DNA of 64,000 nucleotides from NCBI GenBank assembly GCA_977018835.1, contig OZ361256.1, positions 4,836,001 to 4,900,000 of the forward strand, read 5' to 3'. This stretch comes from Minutocellus sp. GHC0000111 (lineage: Eukaryota). Positions 23,801 through 32,504 of this stretch are shown here, piece after piece. The position numbers and the translations under genes were made by a program. Within the stretch, counting starts at the first letter, position 1. Each line of letters starts with the position of its first letter. Under the pieces are notes generated by a model that saw nothing but the letters and a program-made list of their open reading frames with translations, was not told the origin of the DNA and searched no databases.

Positions 23801-24541
23801 AAATGTCAAGATGACCTGGGGTATATCCTCGACCAAGACTGTCCCCAGCAGGACCCAGCCGATGCTAATGCCTTCAATGTTGAGTGCTCGAAAGAGTGGG
23901 GCTACCACCCGTCCATCCGTGGCCAGAATCAGCCACGACAATGTCCCAAAGATGCAGCTGGCAAGAAGGATGGTGAGCAGATATCCCGGCACGAGCTTGT
24001 TACCGTCATCATCAAGCTGCCGTATGCTCTGGAAGTAGTAGAGCCAGTCTGCGACCACGTCAAAGTCTGCTGCGGCGCTGGTCAGCACGGATATGGCTTT
24101 GAACTTTTTCCGCTTCTGATGCTGCTGCGCGTGCGCCCCAGCCCCTGCTTCCCCTGCTGCCAACGCCTCTGTCGATACCTCTGCCTCTGCAACAACAGAA
24201 TTGGCCGAGGTCGATTGATGATTCTGGTGCAAAGGTCTCCCACCGTAGGCATGATCTTTCTCTTGGTCTTCGACAATTGTAATCGATTTGGTCGATGCCG
24301 AAATGCCTTGTCGAGTAGAAGTGTTGCGCATGCTGCTGTGGCGCAACGATCTGCGAGAATTGGCATTGGAAAGATACGGTCGATGATGGAAATTGCTCTC
24401 GCCCTGCAGGAGGTAGGACTCCCGTCCCTCCTGGTGCGGCTGGTGCGGCAGTTGCTGCTGAACATTGGCGGCCGACGTTCCCCTCCGAAGTAGTCCTCGG
24501 CTTGCCGGCTTGTAATACTGCACGATGGCCGAGACGACCAT
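20900..24541 (-). CDS. Membrane-anchored WD40-repeat protein (TM bundle + WD40), containing an exact in-frame 445-aa duplication
   Basis: TM segment with EDIPQVILT motif, multiple GH...WD repeats (GHSQPINSVC..STSDDSTIKVWN; GHSGPVSSV..SGSHDRTARMWD). Start chosen at MVVSAIV (24541). Confidence 0.8.
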   Translation of the reverse strand: MVVSAIVQYYKPASRGLLRRGTSAANVQQQLPHQPHQEGRESYLLQGESNFHHRPYLSNANSRRSLRHSSMRNTSTRQGISASTKSITIVEDQEKDHAYGGRPLHQNHQSTSANSVVAEAEVSTEALAAGEAGAGAHAQQHQKRKKFKAISVLTSAAADFDVVADWLYYFQSIRQLDDDGNKLVPGYLLTILLASCIFGTLSWLILATDGRVVAPLFRALNIEGISIGWVLLGTVLVEDIPQVILTFLIDDYYDSDTVTSLAMFNLCTSLYDTLIKIAEAYDERNDIVETGAWCKETYRGHHGPVSAIVVLPISTAKCSESAASAAALQDETNCTLGALNCMDGNMQAMEVQLNKNKASMMAKLISPNFLTASHDHTVRYWDPSPAQHRVRRNYIRKYKHKHKVTCMTLLAKAGYSPPTTINEKTARRRSDSSVISMMSSNTANTLPDDDDDAENKELIYVVTGSKDGILRLFQISDKECVRTYLSDSPVTCVASLDKIAGTLFISGHIDAQARLWDTATGANIRVFKGHSQPINSVCCFKDEPLFLSTSDDSTIKVWNITVAEAEVSTEALAAGEAGAGAHAQQHQKRKKFKAISVLTSAAADFDVVADWLYYFQSIRQLDDDGNKLVPGYLLTILLASCIFGTLSWLILATDGRVVAPLFRALNIEGISIGWVLLGTVLVEDIPQVILTFLIDDYYDSDTVTSLAMFNLCTSLYDTLIKIAEAYDERNDIVETGAWCKETYRGHHGPVSAIVVLPISTAKCSESAASAAALQDETNCTLGALNCMDGNMQAMEVQLNKNKASMMAKLISPNFLTASHDHTVRYWDPSPAQHRVRRNYIRKYKHKHKVTCMTLLAKAGYSPPTTINEKTARRRSDSSVISMMSSNTANTLPDDDDDAENKELIYVVTGSKDGILRLFQISDKECVRTYLSDSPVTCVASLDKIAGTLFISGHIDAQARLWDTATGANIRVFKGHSQPINSVCCFKDEPLFLSTSDDSTIKVWNITSTKRHPLSPGDDSQVSFDFEGCHSSIQNVGSFGESKHCSGLVAWDVRAPDSGGVRIREQIVAEEREYLRSFSGHRGQVLCVSTFEEGDKFLSGGNDSSVKLWEFRSGLCIQNFIGHSGPVSSVCAFDESTILSGSHDRTARMWDVDTGVCLRMFQHHKAEIMGIASCGNGRTFLTTSRDSTIKLWTSNTAVSLQENTDGSDVEMQEY
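21524..24193. repeat. Exact 1,335-bp tandem duplication
   Basis: 21524-22858 equals 22859-24193 with no differences noticed; identical shadow ORFs recur 1,335 bp apart in the ORF track. Confidence 0.95.
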
Positions 24542-24789
24542 GGTGGAGGGACATGGAACAGACCTACTAGGACCTAGTAGATCTACATGTAACGATCGAA
24601 ATGGAGCATGGCAGCATGGCCGGTTAGGTGGATGTACGTACGTATACGAGATCTCGTAGCGCCGGCCAAGCCAAAAAGCCGAGCCGGCATGGCATGGCTT
24701 CATATTTATCTTCGTGTCCGTAGAAATTTTCATAGAAATTTCTATCAACATTGATCAGGAGCTCAGGTGGCTGCTTCATTTTAGCAAGC

Positions 24790-27630
24790 ATGGAGAGCGC
24801 CGCTGCCGAAGGTGCTCAGGGTAGTAGCGCCTCGCCGCCGCCCCATGCCGATGGCCACCATGAGCATGCGGCGCATCATGGTCTGGTCGACGACGCGGTC
24901 GACTCGGCCTTGGCGGCTCATGCCTTGATGGGAAATAATAGATCTACACCTGCAGGACCATCAACACACGGCGTCGGCGGCGGTGGCGGATACGACCATC
25001 CTCATGCGGGGGCTTATGGACCTCCGCCTCCTGCTCAAGATTATCGTGGCGGAGATTATCCGACGTACGAATCTGACGGGTACGGCTATGGCGGTCACCC
25101 TCCACCGCCTCCTCAGCCGCACGGCTACGCCCACTACCCGTACCAACATTACGGCGGCTATCAATATCGCTACTACGGACCGTCACCGCGATCTCAGCAG
25201 CAGCAGCAGCAGCAGCAAGCCACTGCATTCGATTATGACAAGCCGTACCCATCTCCGACCAATTATCATTACCAGGGTGCTGCTCCCTATGACTACGACA
25301 TTCTGCCGGGGTCACACCAAAACGGATATGGACCGCCGCCGAATGCTTATCAACCACATGCGTATCATGATGATCAAAGTCAGAGCCAGAGCCAGCAGCC
25401 TCCACCGATAGGTCCTGTCGCCGGTGGTTTGGGTCCGTCTGCGTCTGGGTATGAATATCCGCCCTACTATGCTGACGAATCGCAGCAGCCACACGATCAT
25501 CATCAACTGCATCATCAGCAGCAGTATGCATATACCATGCGCATGTACGGCCCTCCTCCTGTTCCGCCTCCACAATATGGCGCGTCGCATGTCGGAGACT
25601 CTTCGTCAACGGCAGCAGCAGCAACAACAACGGGAATGACAGGAACCGCGCAAGTTGAGGATTTTCGGCAGGTGACACCCCGTACCTCGGACATGGACGA
25701 TGGGGCCTCGGCCTCGACTGCCAATACTGGTGCCAGATCGATTGAAGCTGCTGCAGCTGCAGCTGCAGGTGCAGGTGTTGGGGGGAGGAAGGGAGCAGAC
25801 AAAGACAATTCATCTTCACCTTCTACTATTAGGGGGGCTTATTTTGCGGGAGAGGCATCAAATTCAATTGATGGAGCGGCGAAGACACCAGCTGCCAGCA
25901 ATGCTGGGACTGCGAGGAGCAGCAAGAAGGACAAGTCGCCTGAGGAATTGACTGCAGCCGAAGCCCTGATAACAACGGCCAAGCAGCGGTATGTATATCC
26001 CCCCCCTGGCCACTCCGGTCCCTTCTACACACAATACTACCCGCATGGAGGAGTCCCACTGCCTCCGCCACATGGGCCTCCACTACATGGGCCATACAAT
26101 TCTGCTCTCCCACCACCACCACATCCTCCTCCTCCTCCTCAGACCCCTGGTGCAAATACAGCCGGCGCCGGTGTACCTCAACCAATTCCGACTGATCAAA
26201 CCTTGCCGTCTTATCGCGATCTGCCGTCAGCCTCGGCCGTGGCAGCTGCGGTCGTCGCTGCGTCCAAAGAGATTGCTGCCGGGGGGCGCAGTACCGCTAC
26301 AGCCTCTCCGGACAAAGCCTCTCGACCAGATTTGTCCGCGGCCATTGGCGCTATGACTACTCCAGCGCAGAAAAAGGCCACCGAGGGAGAAGGCGATGTT
26401 GTGGACGCCCTGTTGGAGATGAAGACATCATCAGCGGAAAAGAAGAAAGGGCAGCAACAGATGCAAATCTCTCCGAGTTCTCCGAATGGTGCAGGTGGAG
26501 CTGCTGCACCCGTCCCAACCATTGATCCTGCTGAATGGGCCAGACAATTACCTCTCCGTCTTTCTACGCCAAAGGATGAAATCCATCTGAATCGTTTGCA
26601 TTGTTTTATTCGTTCGACTCTACTTGAATTATTTGTCATGCCCGTTGGCAAGAGCACTGATAGTAATCTGCAGGGGCTGCAATATCAAGCGGGCGAAATC
26701 CGCTATCATTCGGTGGCGTTGGCTCATCGACGACCCCAGCCTCAGCATCCACCGCCGCCCAACTGGCATCGGCGCTTTCCCATCCCACCTGGACCACCGC
26801 CTCATGGTCTACCGCCGCCACCACCGCCGCCACCACCTCCCGCTCACATTATGGCACCACAGGCACCGTTGACACAGGGACAACAAAAGACTGCCGGCAC
26901 TGCAAGTGGCAGTGCTCCCCCAACAGCACCAACACCAGTCCCTCCTGGTCCTCAAGCAAGAAATACATCCGCAGCAAAGAAGATGCCACCGCCATCGAGT
27001 TCCCTCCGCGTCGGAATTCGTTGTGTCTTTTGCGCCAGGGCTCAACGCGAACAAGCCAAGCGAGTAGCCCAACGCGGTGGCAAGGCTCCGCCACTACGGG
27101 GCGCAGCGCCGATGGGCTCCTTCTATCCGAAGAATTTGGCCGAGATATACAACTTGGTTAGTCGATTTCAGCGCATTCATTTCAAGGAATGCCGGTTCGT
27201 CCCTCCTACCATTCGCAAGCAATTTAATGATCACAAGGAGAGTGATAAAAGCCGAGGTAGGAGAGAATATTGGATCAAGTCCGCCAAGGCAATTGGTTTG
27301 GTGGACGATAAGAATGGTCGCGGCATTCGCTTCGTCCCGCCGAATGCCCTTGAGCAATCTGAAGCAACTTCAACTGAAAAGACCCCTTCCAATACTGCAC
27401 ATGTCGATGGCGGCGGCGTCGGGGGCAGTGGCGGCGGCAGGGCGGAACCATCCGGTCCGCCCACTGCAGGCTGCGATGTTGCTAGGACCATTGCAAACTC
27501 TATGCTCGAAGCTATGGCTGTTACTGACGGAGAGAAAGGAAAGGCTGCTGGCGAAACTGAAGATGAGATTCCTGCTGATTCCGAGGCGAAAACAGCCGCG
27601 CCGAAAGTTGAGGAGGAAAATGCTTCGTAG
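24790..27630 (+). CDS. Pro/Gln/Tyr-rich protein with a C-terminal diatom-type Cys/His domain (putative nuclear regulator)
   Basis: LNRLHCFIRSTLLELF ... VGIRCVFC ... FYPKNL ... FQRIHFKEC..P ... YWIKSAKAIGLVD, a pattern I recall from a diatom-expanded family; long low-complexity N-terminus. Confidence 0.7.
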   Translation: MESAAAEGAQGSSASPPPHADGHHEHAAHHGLVDDAVDSALAAHALMGNNRSTPAGPSTHGVGGGGGYDHPHAGAYGPPPPAQDYRGGDYPTYESDGYGYGGHPPPPPQPHGYAHYPYQHYGGYQYRYYGPSPRSQQQQQQQQATAFDYDKPYPSPTNYHYQGAAPYDYDILPGSHQNGYGPPPNAYQPHAYHDDQSQSQSQQPPPIGPVAGGLGPSASGYEYPPYYADESQQPHDHHQLHHQQQYAYTMRMYGPPPVPPPQYGASHVGDSSSTAAAATTTGMTGTAQVEDFRQVTPRTSDMDDGASASTANTGARSIEAAAAAAAGAGVGGRKGADKDNSSSPSTIRGAYFAGEASNSIDGAAKTPAASNAGTARSSKKDKSPEELTAAEALITTAKQRYVYPPPGHSGPFYTQYYPHGGVPLPPPHGPPLHGPYNSALPPPPHPPPPPQTPGANTAGAGVPQPIPTDQTLPSYRDLPSASAVAAAVVAASKEIAAGGRSTATASPDKASRPDLSAAIGAMTTPAQKKATEGEGDVVDALLEMKTSSAEKKKGQQQMQISPSSPNGAGGAAAPVPTIDPAEWARQLPLRLSTPKDEIHLNRLHCFIRSTLLELFVMPVGKSTDSNLQGLQYQAGEIRYHSVALAHRRPQPQHPPPPNWHRRFPIPPGPPPHGLPPPPPPPPPPAHIMAPQAPLTQGQQKTAGTASGSAPPTAPTPVPPGPQARNTSAAKKMPPPSSSLRVGIRCVFCARAQREQAKRVAQRGGKAPPLRGAAPMGSFYPKNLAEIYNLVSRFQRIHFKECRFVPPTIRKQFNDHKESDKSRGRREYWIKSAKAIGLVDDKNGRGIRFVPPNALEQSEATSTEKTPSNTAHVDGGGVGGSGGGRAEPSGPPTAGCDVARTIANSMLEAMAVTDGEKGKAAGETEDEIPADSEAKTAAPKVEEENAS

Positions 27631-27954
27631 TAGACTTAGTTGTGTGGGGGGATCAGCGGGCCGATTTAGGCACTCTAGCACTCCACATTAGAACATCGGT
27701 GCAAAGAGAAAGTCAATGTGTACCTTTCAAAGGTATTTGTAGTGTGATGTAAATTGACTGAATGAGTTTTATATACATACGTAGTAGGTTGGTGTGTCCT
27801 GCCGTCCTCTTCCTTAGATGCCGCTTGATTAGAAAGGACAGGGTTAGAGGGCATGGGCTCGAGACGTGCACCGCCCCGCCGCCATCTCACTCGCCTGAGA
27901 TGGCTCACTTCACAACATTGGCATACGAACACAACAACGAAACATCTATTCAAT

Positions 27955-29160
27955 ATGAACCGCATTCTTTACCCTGCTACGAAAGGTGATGCTCTATCAA
28001 GCAAGCCTGAGAGCAATCATCAGGCATCGGCCAAGGTCGGCAGCGACGACGACGATCGCAACCCCCCCTCGGACTCTCGAGGCGGCGGTGGTGGCAATGC
28101 CGGCGCCGAGGACCACGTCTCGGGGTGGGAAGGACTGAGCCCGCTCGAATTCGTCGAGAAGATCAAAAAGCAGGCAGAAAGTAAGGTGACTTCATCCCAG
28201 GGCCAGCTGCTCAGGACCCACTGCGTCGACCCGGCTTTGATGATGGCAACGGCAACGACGATGGCCACCTCTAGGCACGCCGACGGGTCCACCGACGGCA
28301 ATACCGGCAAGAAACGTGGCCGAATGACAGGTAGTACGACTGACTCCACCAACAACAATGTTGCCGTCCCCCCTCCGGTGCCTCTGCCCCCGTGGGATCT
28401 CTCCTTCCTCATCAAGACCGATCCCGACCCACGTCTCGCTTGCGATACGGCCAACGAGCTTGGAGCCCTAGCCCTACAGATCGAGACCTCTCCCAATTAC
28501 TTTCTGTGCTCTCCTTCGTACAAGAGACTTCGGGAGGAGCTCGCTGCTTCCTGTCAGCTGATTCATGCCGACCACATTGATTCTCCCGCTGCTCGTCGCT
28601 CATTGCTCGACAAGCTCTACGCCCATACAGTGCAGAAGATGGAAGTTCTGGCCACGATGATGAAGGACATTCAACCTCCCAGTGGTCCCACCATTCTTTC
28701 TGTCGATGCTATTGCCAATGCTTCCGGTGCCTCGTCTGGTCGAGATGGTCCTCCTTCTTCCACTACTGCCAGTAGCAGTCGTCGGAGCAAGTCTCCAAAG
28801 AAGAAGGGTGACAAAGCCTTCTCCAAGCGCGACTTTGCCTCGTATATGGAAAAATGGCTCCGGGACAACTGGACGAATCCCTATCCAGACGACGACGGCC
28901 TCGCCGAGATCGCTGACGATTGTGCGACCACAGCCCAAATCGTGAGTAATTGGCTCATCAACGCACGCACTCGCAAGTGGCGCCCGGCCATCGTCAACGC
29001 ATATGACCTTGGCCGACCTGCGGATACTCTGCTCGAAGATGCAGTCAACCTCTTCCAAGGCGTGCCTCTGCGTGACCTTGGTGAAGAAGTCCCCTACTTT
29101 GACTCTGCTCCACTTGGCAAAGGAAAGAAGGGCAAGTCTACCGCTAAGGGGAGGAAGTGA
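27955..29160 (+). CDS. TALE-class homeodomain (Homeobox_KN) transcription factor
   Basis: WLRDNWTNPYPDDDGLAEIADDCATTAQIVSNWLINARTRKWRP: PYP loop and WxxNAR helix 3. Confidence 0.88.
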   Translation: MNRILYPATKGDALSSKPESNHQASAKVGSDDDDRNPPSDSRGGGGGNAGAEDHVSGWEGLSPLEFVEKIKKQAESKVTSSQGQLLRTHCVDPALMMATATTMATSRHADGSTDGNTGKKRGRMTGSTTDSTNNNVAVPPPVPLPPWDLSFLIKTDPDPRLACDTANELGALALQIETSPNYFLCSPSYKRLREELAASCQLIHADHIDSPAARRSLLDKLYAHTVQKMEVLATMMKDIQPPSGPTILSVDAIANASGASSGRDGPPSSTTASSSRRSKSPKKKGDKAFSKRDFASYMEKWLRDNWTNPYPDDDGLAEIADDCATTAQIVSNWLINARTRKWRPAIVNAYDLGRPADTLLEDAVNLFQGVPLRDLGEEVPYFDSAPLGKGKKGKSTAKGRK

Positions 29161-29651
29161 GCTTGTAGCAACCGATTGTTTAGTCCAGGTATTGGCCAGC
29201 TCTGCTAAGTAGTACGTTGGAATGAGGGAAATAGATCTCTAGAGTAGCAGCAGCAGCAGCAGCAGTTGAACAGCATTGACTACGTTGGGATGTAGACTAG
29301 AAGATGAACATATTTATTATAAACATTATTGTTGATAACACCTTCTACGACGTACTTGATCTAACGTGCCAACCTGGTCGTGATAGCCAGTTGTTGTTGT
29401 AAAAGTCGCCCGTTGTCATTTACGAAGTCCGTTTCGCGAGAAATCGAGCGCAGGGCCGGGACCAAAAAATGTCGATTTTTGGGCCCGCAACCCGGACACG
29501 GACACATGCATGTAAAGCCGGAACCATCAAAACTGACAAGAGAGCACTACACATGCATGTACGGCATGAATGTGTAGTAGCACAAATATAGCTCGAATCT
29601 AAATAATCTAGTATTATTTTAAACATAACATAACTTAAAAGCACCGCAGGA

Positions 29652-31174
29652 CTAATTATCCATGGTTGGATCAGCAGGAGGAGGAGCGATAATTTTCCCA
29701 TCTATCCGAACCATGCCATTTTCAGTCGGCCTGAAATCCTTTCGCACCCCAACATGAATGCCTTCACCGTTTCCAAGAAAATCATTGTTGCCTTTTGCAA
29801 CGATTACCTTCTTTGCAATTCTATGAGCCTGGATGTATGCCGATGCGATCTTCCAGTTTTCCAGCCCCATCCAAACTTCCTCCGCTGCATCCCAAGTCTG
29901 ATCTTCTGTCAAAACCTTCAGCCCCTCCCGATCGCGGCTCAACATTGTATGTCGCTTTGACATGCAAGGGAAAACAGACAGATCAAGAACATTCATATGG
30001 GGCATTTGCGGGGCCTGAGGTTCCCAACGCCATCCCTTGTCCCGACAGTATCCTTCCACATATTCCACAAATTCAGTCTCGGCATGGGGCCCAGCATTGT
30101 CGCCCTGAAAAATAGGGACAGCCTTCAAACTTTCCACCAGGTCCGACCAAAACCTCAACATCCGGAAACATCTTGTTCTCAAATAAAGCTTTCAGTGGGA
30201 ACTTGGGATTATCAAGGGTGCCATGGCTGCATCCAGTCACCGCGCAATCCACAAGGTATAGATCGTCTTTCTTCCGAACCACCGGGCCGCAATATTTGAT
30301 TCTACCATCTGCCTGCCGCACCGCCTCCCTTACCATCTGCCTCGCAATTTTATGCGCCTGAGCCCGAAAAAGTCCAAGCTTGAACGCAATGCCGCCATTC
30401 TCAATGCTGTCAATAAAAGCCATGGCAGTGACAGCCACCACCATGCACTTGTTGATGTGATTTCGGTGATATGCCGAGAAGGACCGAGGATCAATACCCA
30501 ATTCTGCAACTTGCTTGGCATACGATCGAAGAACCAAGCCCCAAAACCACTTCTCATCGAACATAATAAGGAGAAACTTGCCACCGCCGAGCCCCCAATT
30601 GTTTCGGAATTTCCGCGCAAATACCAAATGTTTCTCCATCTGATGGGTAGTAAGGAGAGGGATGATCCTTTCGGCATAGTACCGGAACCCTTCCCGCGAC
30701 ATTATCCACCGCCGTATTGCCGAGTAGGAACACCAAAAGTTGACATCAACCTCCAGCTCCCGCCAAGATTCCCGAGGATTTCGTATCAGAGCTAGCATCA
30801 ACAATAACATCTCGAATGTATGGCTGCATAGCCAGATGAGATCTCCTCTTCATCTCCCACATCGCCTTCTCAGATGCAGGTAGAGCACCATACGCCTTCA
30901 TCCATCCCGAAAATCGTGCACCATGCTCTGCGCTGGACAGCACCGAATAGTCCACCTTTGCCTGCTCCCTGCACTTCTTGGCAATTGCAAAGAGACATGG
31001 TGCAGTATGCCGCCGGGTCGCCGTTGCAAGATCGTCGATGACAGAACGGAAGGCGGCCGAATCAGATGAATCATCGGCACTCGTTGGGAAGCAGTATACC
31101 GGTCCAAGTATGCCGATCGCGTCATCGAAATGCTCAGCTTGGACTTCCGCCCGAGACACAAATGGATTGAACAC
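29652..31174 (-). pseudogene. Mariner-like DDD transposase (DD38D), broken by frameshifts at about 30790 and about 30120
   Basis: MFDEKWFW (D1), FQGDNAGPH (D2), QAPQMPHMNVLDLSVF (D3), with 38 residues between D2 and D3; motifs resemble plant-mariner DEKWF/QDNA/PNSPDxNVLDL. Confidence 0.88.
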
Positions 31175-31581
31175 ATACTCACCGCTGTCTTGGCCATCAT
31201 CATTGACCAGGAGAAACTCTCAAGATTGACGGGCCCGAGGATTTTGAGAAGCACATGCTCCTCAATGTCGTCAGTCGACTCGTCTGCCGGGCGATAAGGG
31301 CCGAGAACATGCCCCTCGACATGGATGATGTCGTGGCAACAACAACTGAGTCGGTGTACGACAAGGCCGCGGAGATGTTCCACTCCTCAGTTACCTTCAT
31401 CTACAAGTTCAACGGCGTGAAGCGGGAGCTAAAGAAGCTCAAGCTCATCCCGGATTGGCTGTGGTGCGAGATCCGGGACGAATGCATCGTACTGCCGATC
31501 CGAGGCGAGTATCATGCCATCGTTCAAGATGAAGACGAGATGGAGGCCGAACCGTCGCGTCGCACGAACGCGTCCATTTGA
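31130..31581 (+). other. Possible passenger ORF inside the transposon, antisense to the transposase (one frameshift near 31220)
   Basis: MLSLDFRPRHKWIEHILTAVLAIIIDQEKL / KIDGPEDFEKHMLLNVVSRLVCRAIRAEN...; the same register on the minus strand has two stops. Confidence 0.4.
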
Positions 31582-31859
31582 TTAGAGCCGCTGAAATCTA
31601 AAGTCTTATCCGAATTATTGTTTCACATGAAGATAAATCAAAATTAGAGTAAAAATAGCCATTTTCTTAAATATTTCAGCATGACTATTCTTCGAGGCGC
31701 TTTTCAATCCCCTCGAAAACAGTCAAAAACCGGGCGCTCGATTTCTCGCGAATCTGACCTCGTATTGGACAGTCCAAGCAAATGCCCAGTCGTTCGTCAC
31801 AACGACAACCGACCACAATACAACCGCCACTTCCAGCCAGCCAAAGTACACCAACCAAA

Positions 31860-32363
31860 ATGACAAAGCTATCCGGCGTCGCTCTAGCCTTCATTGCCCT
31901 ATACACCTCTTCGGCTGTACTCACGTGCCATTGGTCGAGTAGAGCCACAAGTACTGCCAGTGGCAGAAGCGGCCGTAGCGGCCGCGACGGCGACACGCTG
32001 ATCGTTTCTTCCGCCCTCGGTCGCCCCCTCTCCTCAAGCGATGCAAAGGAACGCGCCGCCGAGGAGTCGTCCCTGTTCTGGGATCGTCAGCTCGAAGTGT
32101 CGGGGACCGCGAGCGGAAGCTATGGTGACCGGACCAAGCCAGGCGACAAGCATACCGGATCTCGCGATCGCTGGGCGAAGTACAAAGTCGCTGCCAAATC
32201 ATGCATGGCGGAGAAGGGCAAATGCCGCCATTGGAGAGGTTCACGCTGGGGTACACCCGTCTGCAGTGCCGATGGCACCATTGATGAGTGCGTCATCAAT
32301 CGAGTCACCGCCGGGATGCTTCTGCTGTCCGATGCCTACACTTGCGGCGAGTGCGGGGTGTGA
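31860..32363 (+). CDS. Small secreted Cys-rich protein
   Basis: Hydrophobic N-terminus MTKLSGVALAFIALYTSSAVLTC, RQL motif, C-terminal region with six Cys ending CGECGV. Confidence 0.6.
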   Translation: MTKLSGVALAFIALYTSSAVLTCHWSSRATSTASGRSGRSGRDGDTLIVSSALGRPLSSSDAKERAAEESSLFWDRQLEVSGTASGSYGDRTKPGDKHTGSRDRWAKYKVAAKSCMAEKGKCRHWRGSRWGTPVCSADGTIDECVINRVTAGMLLLSDAYTCGECGV

Positions 32364-32504
32364 AGTTCTAGGAGTCGGTTGGGTTGCTTGATCGGCGACC
32401 ATCTGATGTATCGACTCGTTACTGCTTCCGGCACCAAATCGATTCATTCCAATAGAACTTCCATACAAATTATTGTAGAACCAACGTGTATATCAATGTC
32501 CCTC

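Larger units (their letters stand above)
29423..31762 (-). mobile_element. Tc1/mariner DNA transposon, 2,340 bp, 29-bp imperfect TIRs, TA target-site duplication
   Basis: Left TA(29421-22)+CGAAGTCCGTTTCGCGAGAAATCGAGCGC; right (reverse complement of 31734-31764) TA+CGAGGTCAGATTCGCGAGAAATCGAGCGC, 3 mismatches; internal DDD transposase. Confidence 0.92.

Noticed and set aside
29244..29264. (AGC)n microsatellite
   Set aside because: Ordinary short trinucleotide repeat in a 3' region.
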